Position numbers and translations under genes: made by a program | Shown: positions 40,107-50,479 of the stretch, one piece after another | Layout of the letters: every line of letters starts with the position of its first letter | Position numbering within the stretch: position 1 is the first letter of the stretch | Source of the DNA: a virus | Lineage: Duplodnaviria; Caudoviricetes | Length of the DNA stretch: 64,000 nt | Strand: one strand, 5' to 3' | IMG/VR virus record: IMGVR_UViG_3300028533_000217 | Span: 1 to 64,000 of that record | Notes under the pieces: generated by a model | Told to the model about the DNA's origin: nothing | The model's input: only the letters and a program-made list of their open reading frames with translations | Databases searched by the model: none

Positions 40107-40619
40107 TTGGAGGTAATGTATATGAATAAATTACAAGCTGCTATAATAGAAGGATTAAAAGAATTTTATGGAGAAGATTTATATGTTCCTGAATCAATGT
40201 CTGTTGAAGAAGCTGCAGAATTTATAATTAAACATGATAGTGAATTAACAGAAGCTTTTGATGAATACTTTGGAGGAGGATTGTTTATTGCTGGGAAGTT
40301 AATCGTAGCTGAAGGACAATACAGTGCAGAAGAATTTATGGAGGCAATAGGAGCTGACGATGAGATGGATACGATGACTTATTTTGACATAGACTTTAAT
40401 TGTTATGATTATTACACAATAAACAATTTTAAACTAAATGAAGAACAACTTGAAGATCAAAGAAAGAAAATAGAAGAAATGAATAAAAAGTTTGCAGAAG
40501 AGGAAAGACAAATGCTTGAATATGAAGATTATTTAGCTGAACATGCTTATGATGATTTATATGATGGATATGATCCAGGAGATGATTTTGTGACTGATTG
40601 GATACGTTCTTTAGAATAA
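40107..40619 (+). CDS. Highly acidic hypothetical protein
   Basis: Asp/Glu-rich; N-terminus related to 39639..40052 (LK.FYG.D..P); likely start 40122. Confidence 0.7.
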   Translation: MEVMYMNKLQAAIIEGLKEFYGEDLYVPESMSVEEAAEFIIKHDSELTEAFDEYFGGGLFIAGKLIVAEGQYSAEEFMEAIGADDEMDTMTYFDIDFNCYDYYTINNFKLNEEQLEDQRKKIEEMNKKFAEEERQMLEYEDYLAEHAYDDLYDGYDPGDDFVTDWIRSLE

Positions 40620-40665
40620 TGATTATAAATATTTTAATATAAAAAATAATAGGAGGGTTTATAAT

Positions 40666-41580
40666 ATGAAAAATATAAATAATTTTATGAATGAAATGAG
40701 TTATAATTTATCTTTACAAGAATTAGAAGAAGTTATAGTTGATTATCAAGACGTTATAATAGAGTTTATAATAAATAATCAATACAACAAAAAGTATAGT
40801 AAAGAATTTAAAGAAGTTTGTAGTGAAATAAGAAGTGATAAATTCTTTAGTGTATTATCAAGAATGATACATGAAGATGATGAAAGAATTAAATCTGATA
40901 TGGCTTATGTATTATATACAGCAACACATTTCAGTTTTGTTGAAAAAGGATTAAAAGATGAAGCAGTTGAATTAGGATATAAATTAAGAAATGAACAATT
41001 AGAAGGGCAATTAACAGATGACGATGAATTAAATATAGCAATAGTTATATGTTCCATAAAAGCATTTAGAAATTATAATTCAACACCATTCATAAGATCT
41101 AAAATGGTTGAAAATATAGTTGAATCTTTACCGGAAATATTATTTAACGTTTGCGGAAAATTAAAAGGATTAGAACCAAAACAAATAACTGATAAGATGA
41201 TAAGTGAAATATTATTTAATTCAATTATAGATTTAGAAGTTAGAGATATTTTAATGGCTTTAGGAAAAGCAAAATTCCCTGATGATATAGAACCTAAATA
41301 TAAACCATTTGCAATAAGAATACAATCATTCTTATATAAAATTATATCAACATTATCACAACAATCATTTGATGAGGCTATGGTTGTTATATGTAAATCA
41401 ATCAAGAGATTTAACGAAAGAACAGGAATGAATGAAACATTTATGGATAAATATTTAAACTATAGATTGTTAGTAGGATTTGTAAAGAGTGGTCATAAAA
41501 TACCAGCACCAATGTTTACAACATGTGCTATGTTAGCTGAATTTATAAATAAACATAAAGAATTTGCTCAATTATTTTAA
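40666..41580 (+). CDS. Hypothetical protein
   Basis: 304-aa ORF with AGGAGG RBS. Confidence 0.75.
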   Translation: MKNINNFMNEMSYNLSLQELEEVIVDYQDVIIEFIINNQYNKKYSKEFKEVCSEIRSDKFFSVLSRMIHEDDERIKSDMAYVLYTATHFSFVEKGLKDEAVELGYKLRNEQLEGQLTDDDELNIAIVICSIKAFRNYNSTPFIRSKMVENIVESLPEILFNVCGKLKGLEPKQITDKMISEILFNSIIDLEVRDILMALGKAKFPDDIEPKYKPFAIRIQSFLYKIISTLSQQSFDEAMVVICKSIKRFNERTGMNETFMDKYLNYRLLVGFVKSGHKIPAPMFTTCAMLAEFINKHKEFAQLF

Positions 41581-41595
41581 GGAGGTATATAACAA

Positions 41596-41718
41596 ATGAA
41601 AAAAGATTTAGGAAAATTTCTAATAGCAACAGGATCTGTAGAATCATATAACAATAAGCCAAGTTTAATAAGGGTATTAATATATAAATTTAAAAGACTA
41701 ATTAATAAGGAGATGTAG
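41596..41718 (+). CDS. Small hypothetical protein (40 aa)
   Basis: AAGGAGG RBS; fills gap before infA. Confidence 0.55.
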   Translation: MKKDLGKFLIATGSVESYNNKPSLIRVLIYKFKRLINKEM

Positions 41719-41719
41719 T

Positions 41720-41941
41720 ATGGGTAAGAGTAAAGATATAATGAAAATAAAAGGAACTGTAATAAAATGTCTGCCTGGAGCTAAATTTATAGTTCAGGCA
41801 GATGAAGTTGATGTAACAGCAACATGTGTATTATCAGGTAAACTAAGACAAAATAAAATAATGTTAGTTGAAAATGATAAAGTAGAATTTGAAATATCAA
41901 TTTACGATTTAACAACCGGAAGAATAGTTTGGAGATACTAA
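41720..41941 (+). CDS. infA: Translation initiation factor IF-1 homolog
   Basis: KDIMKIKGTVIKCLPGAKF.V..LSGKLRQNKI..DKV.FEIS.YDLTTGRIVWRY. Confidence 0.9.
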   Translation: MGKSKDIMKIKGTVIKCLPGAKFIVQADEVDVTATCVLSGKLRQNKIMLVENDKVEFEISIYDLTTGRIVWRY

Positions 41942-42004
41942 TTTGATAAGAGGAAAAATTCCTCTTATCAAATTTTATATTTTACATAACATAATTATAA
42001 ATAT

Positions 42005-42282
42005 ACTGTGAAGTCGATATGAATATGTAAGTCAAAAGCTTACATACAATGGCGCGAAACAAGTGGTGCTGATGTAAACATCAGATGGATGGCAGGTGTG
42101 ACCTGACAGCCATGCGGAATAGGTCATTGTCAAACAGTATTTACACTGTGAAGTTCATATCATATGTAAGTCAAAAGCTTACATACAATGGCGCGAAACA
42201 AGTGGTGCTGATGTAAACATCAGATGGATGGCAGGTGTGACCTGACAGCCATGCGGAATAGGTCATTGTCAAACAGTATTTA
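42005..42282 (+). ncRNA. Tandem pair of near-identical ~139-nt structured RNA units (family A/B, locus B)
   Basis: Units at 42005 and 42145 differ only just after GAAGT; AACA-N6-TA at 41988; homologous and covarying with 18656..18911. Confidence 0.8.
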
Positions 42283-42297
42283 ATTTACTTTTACATA

Positions 42298-42322
42298 GAG
42301 ATAACCTTTAATAGGTTATCTC
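42298..42322 (+). terminator. Hairpin between the RNA repeats and the Bro-N gene (possible attenuator)
   Basis: GAGATAACCT-ttaat-AGGTTATCTC; weak U tract. Confidence 0.5.
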
Positions 42323-42339
42323 AAATTATTTTAAAAGGA

Positions 42340-43020
42340 GTGATTTATATGTATATAACAATAGAATCTGAAGTTCATAAAGATTGGGGTTATGGATTAG
42401 AATTTAGATATTACGTTGACATGGATAATACATGGTGGTATTGTTATGAAGATATATGTGATTATATAGAATTAAATCAACAAGTTGCTGATAAAATATA
42501 TAGACACAAATTACAAGAAGATGATAAAAGAACCGTATATGACAGAAACCATAACAATAATCGTGGGGAACAAGAAACGATAGTTCTATATTTTATATCT
42601 TCCAATGCTGTAAGATATATGGTGAAACGTAATAATGAACGTAACAGTAGATTAATAAAGGTTATGAACAATTTGGAATTCGTTAGTGGAGCTCATGAAA
42701 TATTTAACGATAACGAAGAGTTAAAAGAAAGAATAAATGTTTTAGGTAAATCTATAGAAAAATATGATTATGAAGAAATATTCTATCAGGCAAAACAATT
42801 AGTTGAATCTGAATCGGGTAAAAATATATTAGACAAGATGGGAGTTATAGATAAAGATAAAGAATCTTTAATAGAACAGATAAAACATGAGATATACGAT
42901 TATGATGAAAATATAGAAGAAGTACAATTAACCATGAGAAACCTAAATGAAGAAAAGAAAGTTAAATTTAAAAAATCAGAAACAGAAATTCCTAAGTGGT
43001 TAAGTGAAGTTGTGAAATAA
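42340..43020 (+). CDS. Bro-N domain protein, paralog of 18963..19616
   Basis: FRYYVDMDNTWWYCYEDICDYIEL..RHKLQEDDK..GEQE..YFISS; shared C-terminal NNLE.V..A.E.F.D.EE.K..YE..F..GVIDKD.E; likely ATG 42349. Confidence 0.75.
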   Translation: MIYMYITIESEVHKDWGYGLEFRYYVDMDNTWWYCYEDICDYIELNQQVADKIYRHKLQEDDKRTVYDRNHNNNRGEQETIVLYFISSNAVRYMVKRNNERNSRLIKVMNNLEFVSGAHEIFNDNEELKERINVLGKSIEKYDYEEIFYQAKQLVESESGKNILDKMGVIDKDKESLIEQIKHEIYDYDENIEEVQLTMRNLNEEKKVKFKKSETEIPKWLSEVVK

Positions 43021-43076
43021 TTCTAAACGGTGTTATATAACACCGTTTATTTTTTCTAAAGGAGGTAAAACATGAG

Positions 43077-43499
43077 ATGATACAAAATGCAGTAATATCT
43101 TATTTCTCCAAAGGAGATGAAGAAGATGCGCTTGTGGGTATTTATAATATTGCTTATAAAATAGCACAAGATAATGAGGCTATAACGTTAATATTTATAA
43201 ATTTATCAAATGATTATGATACAATAACAATAGATGATTTATCATATCCTATACCATATGGATCATATTCAGAATATAACGAGTATACGTTTGAAGAATT
43301 AGAAGATCAAATATATTACATTTACAAAGAATTTTATTCACAAGGTGTTTTATATGAACCTGTGGTTATAATGATCCATGATGCTTCTAAGTTATGTGAA
43401 GATAATGATGATTATCAAATCATAAGTTATTTAGATGATAAATTAACTTTATTAGATATTATGCAAGTTTATGTATTTTGTACAATAAGAGAAAAATAA
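43077..43499 (+). CDS. Hypothetical acidic protein
   Basis: 140-aa ORF with AAGGAGG RBS. Confidence 0.7.
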   Translation: MIQNAVISYFSKGDEEDALVGIYNIAYKIAQDNEAITLIFINLSNDYDTITIDDLSYPIPYGSYSEYNEYTFEELEDQIYYIYKEFYSQGVLYEPVVIMIHDASKLCEDNDDYQIISYLDDKLTLLDIMQVYVFCTIREK

Positions 43500-43560
43500 A
43501 AATTAATAATAACTATAACAAATAAATATAATTATGAAAATAATAAGGAGGTAAGATAAT

Positions 43561-45205
43561 ATGGCAAATCCTTTATTAAGTGCGTTAAGAGAGAATGATA
43601 AAGAAGGTTTATTTAATGCATCACCAGCAATGGTGTGTTATCCAACAGGAATTCCAACATTAGATTATCAATTAGGATATACGTTAGTATCTAAAGACCA
43701 ATATGGAGCAGTAACTGGGACACATGATTGTCTTGGTTTAGTTGGTGGTAGTTTTATAACTATCATAGGAAAATCAGGAACTGCAAAAACAGCGATAGCA
43801 TGTAAAATGGGAGCGGAAATAGTTAAAAATCATAAATCAAGTTTCGTTTTACATTATGATTTAGAACAAGCATTAAACCCAACAAGGGTTATGAATGTAA
43901 CAGGATTAACAAATGCAGAATATATGGACCATTATGTATTAAAATCTTCACGTTCATATATTGAGGATATATTTGATACGATTATGGATATAGCAAATGA
44001 AAAGCAAAAGAATAAAAAACTTTATCAGTATACAACTGATTTTAAAGATGAGTTTGGTCAACCAATAACATTATACGAGCCAACAGTATTCATAATAGAT
44101 TCGATACCAGTATTGGCTACAAGACCAGATCAAAAGAAAGTTAAAGCTAAGAAAGGTTCAGGTCAAGAAGATTATTATGTTGAAGACCAAGAGATAGAAG
44201 GTCAAACATATGCAATGAGGGTAGCAAGAGCATTAAAGCAATTCTTTAGTAGATTAATACCAATAATAAAAGAATTTAATATAACTATAATAAGTATTAA
44301 CCATATAAATCAAAAGATAGAAATAAATCCATTTGCAAAATCACAAGCACAAGTTTTATATCTAAAACAAGACGAAAGTTTGCCTGGAGGAAATGCACCC
44401 ATTAACGCAAATAGTGGCATATAATAGTAATATTATATGAAAACCTCTTTAATTGCTGGAAAGCCTAAGTCCTTTAACGAGGATATGGTAATCAGCAGCC
44501 AAGGTATATAATTAAAAGTATGTCAAAGATGCTAAAAGAAATAGACGTAGAGGATAAAAATAAATTGTATACAAGGTTCAACGACTATCGAAAGGGTAGC
44601 TATGGAGAAAGACCATAGTGAGAACCGAGTAGAGTACACTCAAGCGAGTGGAAATGGGAGGGTTCCTATATTTGGTAACAGAATATAGGATTATGATATA
44701 GTCTGCTCTATATGGAAACATATAGAAGGTATAGAAGTAGCGTTCTATATCGTAACAAATAGGATATTTTGCTAATACATTAATAAAACATGTTGCAGTA
44801 GGAAGTTCTAAATGTACGGTAGAAGAAGATGGATATTCAGGATTTAGAATAAATGCTGAAATAATAAAATCAAGAACGAATATATCTGGAGCAAAAGTCC
44901 CAATGATATATGACCAAGATCACGGATTTAGTAAGGAAAGAACATTATTAGAATATGCAAGAGATTTAGGATTAATTAATGGATCTAGAATAGCTGCTAG
45001 ATATTTAGGTGATGATGATAGTGTTAAATTTAACGAAAAGGATATAGTAAACGAATATCAGAATAGAGAAGAAGTACGAGCAGCTTTTGATAAGTGGGTG
45101 TACCCACATCTAGAACAAATGTTATCTAGAGTAAATAAAGAAGAAGAAAAAGAAATGATGGAAAAAGACCAAAATGATTTATTAAACATAATAGATGAAG
45201 ATTAG
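43561..45205 (+). CDS. recA: RecA/UvsX-like recombinase; spliced join(43561..44402,44764..45205), 427 aa
   Basis: TGIPTLD, GKSGTAKT, YDLEQAL, IIDSI, INHI, PGGNAPI|YFAN (cf. GGNALKFYAS), KSR. Confidence 0.85.
44403..44763 (+). mobile_element. Group I intron (361 nt, no internal ORF), closely related to 35916..36214
   Basis: P1 CCAU|UA..UAGUGG with U-G; same catalytic core sequences; ends in G; splicing restores frame (CCC AT|A TAT TTT). Confidence 0.92.
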
Positions 45206-45306
45206 ACGGATGATTAATTTCATCCGTCTTTTTTCTAATGTAAAAGATAAAATTTCAATTATATATTATATCAATGAAATAAATAATATATAATTGGAGG
45301 AGTAAC

Positions 45307-45642
45307 ATGATAAAATTAATAAATGATATGGAAGCTGTTAAAATATTTGGTGTATCAACACCTAATTCTAGAGTTATAATGTATAATGATATACCTGCAG
45401 GTATAATAGATTTCTATGTAGGACATAACTATGTAAAAATAATGTATATAACTATAAGTGATGAACATAGAAGAAAAGGTATAGCTGCTGAGGTTATAAA
45501 TATGCTAAAGAATAATCATCAAGGTAAATTTATGTATGGAGATTCAGTTCCAGGAGCATTAAGATTCTGGGAAAGCATGGGAGCAGAATTTGATGAAGAT
45601 CCTGATGAAGATTATTTAACTCCATTTCACATAGAATGTTAG
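45307..45642 (+). CDS. GNAT-family acetyltransferase
   Basis: HRRKGIA acetyl-CoA motif; GDSVPGALRFWESMGA. Confidence 0.8.
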   Translation: MIKLINDMEAVKIFGVSTPNSRVIMYNDIPAGIIDFYVGHNYVKIMYITISDEHRRKGIAAEVINMLKNNHQGKFMYGDSVPGALRFWESMGAEFDEDPDEDYLTPFHIEC

Positions 45643-45651
45643 GAGGATTAT

Positions 45652-45966
45652 ATGATTAAACTTGTATTGACAAATACGATTAAAGATAGGTATTATATTC
45701 ATTTAAATGATGAAGTAGTTGGTGTGATAGAATATAAGGATTATGGAGATGAAATAGAAATAAAATATATAAAGATTCATAAAGAATATAGACGTATGGG
45801 TATAGCAACAAGAGCTGTTAATATGTTAAAGAGTAGAACTAATTTGATAACAGGTGATTCTTTACCTGAAGCATTAGAATTTTGGAAGTCGTTAAATGCA
45901 CAATTCTATGAACCATTTGAAAATGATGATGTAGTATTAACACCATTTATATTAAAAAATTATTAG
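45652..45966 (+). CDS. GNAT-family acetyltransferase
   Basis: EYRRMGIA; GDSLPEALEFWKSLNA. Confidence 0.8.
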   Translation: MIKLVLTNTIKDRYYIHLNDEVVGVIEYKDYGDEIEIKYIKIHKEYRRMGIATRAVNMLKSRTNLITGDSLPEALEFWKSLNAQFYEPFENDDVVLTPFILKNY

Positions 45967-45972
45967 GAGGTT

Positions 45973-46338
45973 GTGTGTATGATGATATTTGGTGAAAGTT
46001 ATTATAATGAGTGGTTAGGACCTGTATATACAATTTTAATAGATAAAGAAGAAGCCGGATCAGTTAGATACGAAGAAGTCGGATCAGTTAGATACGAAGA
46101 AGGAGAAGATGAAGTTTGGATTGACGTTTTATCATTTGAATGTGGTTACAAACAATTTGAAAATTTTGCAGAAGCTATTGATATATTAAAATCTATGTTC
46201 CCTGGAAAGAAATTAACAGGTTTAGCAGGACCGATAGGCTGCTATTGTGGTGATATAGAATATTGGGTTGAATTAGGAGCAATAACTTATCCGGATCCAG
46301 ATGATGATATATTTACAGTATTCGAATTACAATGTTAG
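45973..46338 (+). CDS. Divergent GNAT-like protein
   Basis: YWVELGA..F at the paralogous position; motif A degenerate; internal 24-bp duplication (EEAGSVRY/EEVGSVRY). Confidence 0.55.
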   Translation: MCMMIFGESYYNEWLGPVYTILIDKEEAGSVRYEEVGSVRYEEGEDEVWIDVLSFECGYKQFENFAEAIDILKSMFPGKKLTGLAGPIGCYCGDIEYWVELGAITYPDPDDDIFTVFELQC

Positions 46339-46347
46339 GAGGTTAGT

Positions 46348-46671
46348 ATGATTAAATTAATACCTATAAAAGATGATTGTGAAAAAGTTTATATCTTTAT
46401 GAACGATGTTAATATAGGTAAATTGAATTATTATGTTACAAACGATATTGTTATGATAAACTATCTTTTAATATATGAAGAATATAGAAAAGGAGGTCTT
46501 GGTAAAGATATTGTTAATTATATAATGAATCATAACAAAGAAAAAATTATTTATGGTGATGCTTTACCAGAAGCAGTAAAGTTTTGGAAAAAGATGGGAG
46601 CGGAGTTTTCAGATCCGCTCCCATCTAAAATTAAACCAGAAGTATTATTAACACCGTTTAAAATAATATAA
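46348..46671 (+). CDS. GNAT-family acetyltransferase
   Basis: EYRKGGLG; GDALPEAVKFWKKMGA. Confidence 0.8.
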   Translation: MIKLIPIKDDCEKVYIFMNDVNIGKLNYYVTNDIVMINYLLIYEEYRKGGLGKDIVNYIMNHNKEKIIYGDALPEAVKFWKKMGAEFSDPLPSKIKPEVLLTPFKII

Positions 46672-46687
46672 ATAGGGAGAGAATATT

Positions 46688-47206
46688 ATGAGCCAAAAAA
46701 TATCAATTGATAGTATATACAACAGATGTGAAATGCTTTATGAATATTGCACAAAATCTTGTAAGTATAATCATTTCATAATAGATGAAGTTAATGAAGA
46801 TTGGGTTAAGGAAATGAAAAAAGCAATGAACAATGAAGACAAAAAACGAGCAGTTATGTATTACATGAAAATTGATAGACAGATTGACGAACTTAGAAAT
46901 AAATATTGTTACAATGTATTACCTTATCAATCTTCGTTTAGAGGAATAGCAAAGGACTTATATAGAGAACTTAAAATGTCATGGTTATTATACACCATAG
47001 ACGATTTTGATTATATAGGTTACGTTTTAAGATTTATAAGCACGTCTGAACATTATGTTATAAAAGAATTTCTAAAACGAAGAAGTGATACAATGTTTAT
47101 ACAAAAAGATATACCGATAGATCCAGATAGTTTCTATTGTGGATATATACCTATAGAAGCATTTCTATATTATGCAATAACATTATTCCAAGCGTATAAT
47201 GTATAA
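46688..47206 (+). CDS. Hypothetical protein
   Basis: 172-aa ORF with RBS. Confidence 0.7.
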   Translation: MSQKISIDSIYNRCEMLYEYCTKSCKYNHFIIDEVNEDWVKEMKKAMNNEDKKRAVMYYMKIDRQIDELRNKYCYNVLPYQSSFRGIAKDLYRELKMSWLLYTIDDFDYIGYVLRFISTSEHYVIKEFLKRRSDTMFIQKDIPIDPDSFYCGYIPIEAFLYYAITLFQAYNV

Positions 47207-47256
47207 ATTTTAATTATATATTATAAATATGAATAATAATTTAGGAGGTAATATAT

Positions 47257-49542
47257 ATGGCTAGAGAGAAAAAACAAGAACAAGTAAAAGTTAATTTTAA
47301 TAGTGATAATGCATTCTTAAAAGAACAACTACAAGAATTAGAAAAGAAATATTATGGAAAAGATGATATCTTTGGTATGACAGCATTAACAAGAATAGGT
47401 TATATATCAGGGAACAGGGGGATAATGACAACAGGACATCTTAAACAAGCAATGACTCCTATTAATCCTCAATTCCCTAAAGTGTTTACAGAATATGAAA
47501 ACATGGTAGGAAAGAACTCAACAGGTATTCAACGTTCTAAAAGAGAATGGAGAATAATTGATAAGATATATAAATTTGAAGAAGGTAACCATATGTATAC
47601 ATTATTAGTATACGATGAAGCTACAGGATATTATGATGTTATACAAAAGAAATTAGTAGAAGATTTAACAGAAAAATTTGGATTTAGATATAATACAGAA
47701 GAATTAGATAAACTTCAAATAGGAGATATAATTCCAAAAGATTCAGTATTATATAAATCTACGTCATATGATGAATACAACAATTATAGATTTGGAGTTA
47801 ATGCAACATTCTGTTATACATCTGATGTAAGAACTACAGAAGATGCTATTCTTGTAAGTGAATCATTTGCAGATAGTTTCAGATGTGTTGAAGTAGAAAC
47901 TATAAAAGTATCAATAAACGACAATGACGTATTATTAAATCTTTATGGAGATGAAAATAATTATAAATGTTTCCCAGATATTGGAGAATATATAAACAAT
48001 GCAATCATATGTGCAACAAGAAGGATTAATAATGAACAGATATTCTATGATTTTAAAGAAACAAATTTAAGAAAGATAAATTTTGGAGAAGATGTTTTAT
48101 GTATAGAACATGGGTATGGTGGTAAAATAATAGATATAAAAGTATTCTCAAATAAAACGTATGAAGAAATGGAATTAAATGAATATCATGCACAAGTTAA
48201 TAGATATTATAAAAACGAACAAAGATTTTATAAAGAAATGAAAGAAGCAACAGAACATATAGTATTAGATAATAAAGATCATAGTAGAAACTTCAACTAT
48301 ATGTATAAGAAAAGTAAAGATATATTGGATGATAATGTTAAATGGAGTGAACAACAAGGGAAGAAACCATTCAGTAATATAATAATAGAATTCACAGTAG
48401 AAAGAGAAGTTCCATTAAAAGAAGGTAGTAAAATAACAGGGTTATTTGGAAATAAGGGTGTTATATCTAAGATAGTTCCAGATGACGAAATGCCTGTATT
48501 AGAAAACGGTAAAGTTGTAGATGTTCTATTTAACTGTCTAGGGGTTATAAACAGACTTAACTCTTTCCAATTATTCGAGCAATCTATAAACTTTATAATG
48601 AATAGAACTATAGATAGAATAAAAACATTAGAAACTAATGACCAAAGAGCTGCGGTTATATTCACAATGATAAAACATTTCAATACAAGACAAGCTAATG
48701 AAATGGGTGAAATGTATAGTAAATTAAATGTTGAAGAAAGAGAAGAGTTTATACAAGATGTTTATGAAAGAGGTATATTTGTACACATCCCACCATTCTG
48801 GCATGAGAGACCATTGTTTGACGTATTAAATGAAATATATGCTAAATATGATTGGTTAACTCCATATAAAGCTTATATTAAAAAGAATGGTAGATATAGA
48901 CCAATAATGAATGAATTGATAGTTGGTGAGATGTATATAATAAGATTAAAGCAAACAGCATCTAAAGGTTTAAGTACAAGATCTGTTGGTGGTGTTAACT
49001 TAATAGGAGTTCCTGTTAAAGATGCACAAGCAAAAGAAAATAAAATCTTATATAGTAAAACTCCTTGTAGATTAGGTCTTGATGAGGTTCTAAATCTATT
49101 AATAGGAATGGATCCATATGATCTAGCTAAGATGAGTATGAGTTATAGAAACTCTATAGAAGGAACACATGATTTACCAGTTCAGTTATTAAAACAAGGA
49201 TTGGTTGAACAACTTAGAGACGATGATAAAATAATCAATAGAAATATAGAAGTATTCAACGCTTATCTGAAAACGATGGGTTACAAATTACAACAATCAG
49301 AAACTATTAAAGAACTAATCTTCGAATCAATAGATAATGATTTACATGAAAGAATATTACCTAATGGTGAGAAAGTATTAGTTACAGATGATAAATATAT
49401 TGAATTATTAATAGAACATAAGATTGATAAATATTTTGAGGAAGAAATATTTATAGGACCTATGGAAGAATATGAAGAACTTAGAAAAGAATTATTTAAT
49501 AAGTTTAAGAAAGAAATAGAAGAAACTAAATATGAACTATAG
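47257..49542 (+). CDS. RNA polymerase beta subunit, C-terminal half (non-virion RNAP-like)
   Basis: TEDAILVSESF, EGSKITGLFGNKGVISKIVPDDEMP, GVINRLN, VGEMYIIRLKQ. Confidence 0.88.
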   Translation: MAREKKQEQVKVNFNSDNAFLKEQLQELEKKYYGKDDIFGMTALTRIGYISGNRGIMTTGHLKQAMTPINPQFPKVFTEYENMVGKNSTGIQRSKREWRIIDKIYKFEEGNHMYTLLVYDEATGYYDVIQKKLVEDLTEKFGFRYNTEELDKLQIGDIIPKDSVLYKSTSYDEYNNYRFGVNATFCYTSDVRTTEDAILVSESFADSFRCVEVETIKVSINDNDVLLNLYGDENNYKCFPDIGEYINNAIICATRRINNEQIFYDFKETNLRKINFGEDVLCIEHGYGGKIIDIKVFSNKTYEEMELNEYHAQVNRYYKNEQRFYKEMKEATEHIVLDNKDHSRNFNYMYKKSKDILDDNVKWSEQQGKKPFSNIIIEFTVEREVPLKEGSKITGLFGNKGVISKIVPDDEMPVLENGKVVDVLFNCLGVINRLNSFQLFEQSINFIMNRTIDRIKTLETNDQRAAVIFTMIKHFNTRQANEMGEMYSKLNVEEREEFIQDVYERGIFVHIPPFWHERPLFDVLNEIYAKYDWLTPYKAYIKKNGRYRPIMNELIVGEMYIIRLKQTASKGLSTRSVGGVNLIGVPVKDAQAKENKILYSKTPCRLGLDEVLNLLIGMDPYDLAKMSMSYRNSIEGTHDLPVQLLKQGLVEQLRDDDKIINRNIEVFNAYLKTMGYKLQQSETIKELIFESIDNDLHERILPNGEKVLVTDDKYIELLIEHKIDKYFEEEIFIGPMEEYEELRKELFNKFKKEIEETKYEL

Positions 49543-49659
49543 AGAATATTCTCTATAGTTCATTTTATATGTTCCTGAAAGTGTAATTCTCAAAATTTTA
49601 AGCCTATATTATAACAGTGAAGTAAATAAAATATATAATAAATTTAGGAGGATTTTAAT

Positions 49660-50403
49660 ATGAAAAAATATAATTTAAATTTAAAAGAAAACGAAGAAAT
49701 GATGTATGATTGTGATGATTTAATGGAACAAGAATTAGTAACATTCAAAAAATCAATAAAAGACATAAAAGAAAAAGATATAACAAAATTTGGTAACTGG
49801 ACTAAAATATATAAAGCATTAAACTATGATATAATTGAAGGATTAGAAGTTAAGAATACAATAAAATTTAATGATTATTCAGCAGTTGTAGAAATAACAT
49901 TTAGAGGAAAAACTGAATATGATCTAATAAATTTAAATCCAGAATCAATGACAGTTGCTTGTATGAATGTTAAAGAAGATAAAGTTAGACCATATGTTAT
50001 AAGAAGATTATTAGTTCCTCAAACAGTTGAAGAAGCTTTAATGTATGCTAAATCTCCATTACCAGAAGATGGAATAAAATCTGTAGCAAAAACTATAGAA
50101 ACAGTTAAAAATCCTAAGGCAGTTTCTATGAACCAACCTAAAGAACAACCTAAGAAAGATGATAAGAAAGAAGAAGTAAAACAACAAGTTAAAACTGAAG
50201 AACAACCTAAGAAACAACAAGCTAAAGAACAACCTAAGAAAGTAGCAACAACTCCAAAATATAGTGGTAGACCAGAAGTGAAAAATTATCCACAACCAGA
50301 TTATAGTGTAGCTGTAGGTAGAAAAGAAAGAATAAAACCTGAACCTAAGAAACCAGCTCCTAAATGTGGATGGCAACCAGATGGAAGTTATAAATTCTAT
50401 TAA
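49660..50403 (+). CDS. Hypothetical early protein with low-complexity K/E/Q/P tail
   Basis: After early promoter at 49581; EQPKK repeats. Confidence 0.75.
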   Translation: MKKYNLNLKENEEMMYDCDDLMEQELVTFKKSIKDIKEKDITKFGNWTKIYKALNYDIIEGLEVKNTIKFNDYSAVVEITFRGKTEYDLINLNPESMTVACMNVKEDKVRPYVIRRLLVPQTVEEALMYAKSPLPEDGIKSVAKTIETVKNPKAVSMNQPKEQPKKDDKKEEVKQQVKTEEQPKKQQAKEQPKKVATTPKYSGRPEVKNYPQPDYSVAVGRKERIKPEPKKPAPKCGWQPDGSYKFY

Positions 50404-50479
50404 GATAAGAGCTAAGCTCTTATCTTTTTATATTCTTTAACACAATTAAATATATATTTAAAATTAGGAGGTATTTAAT

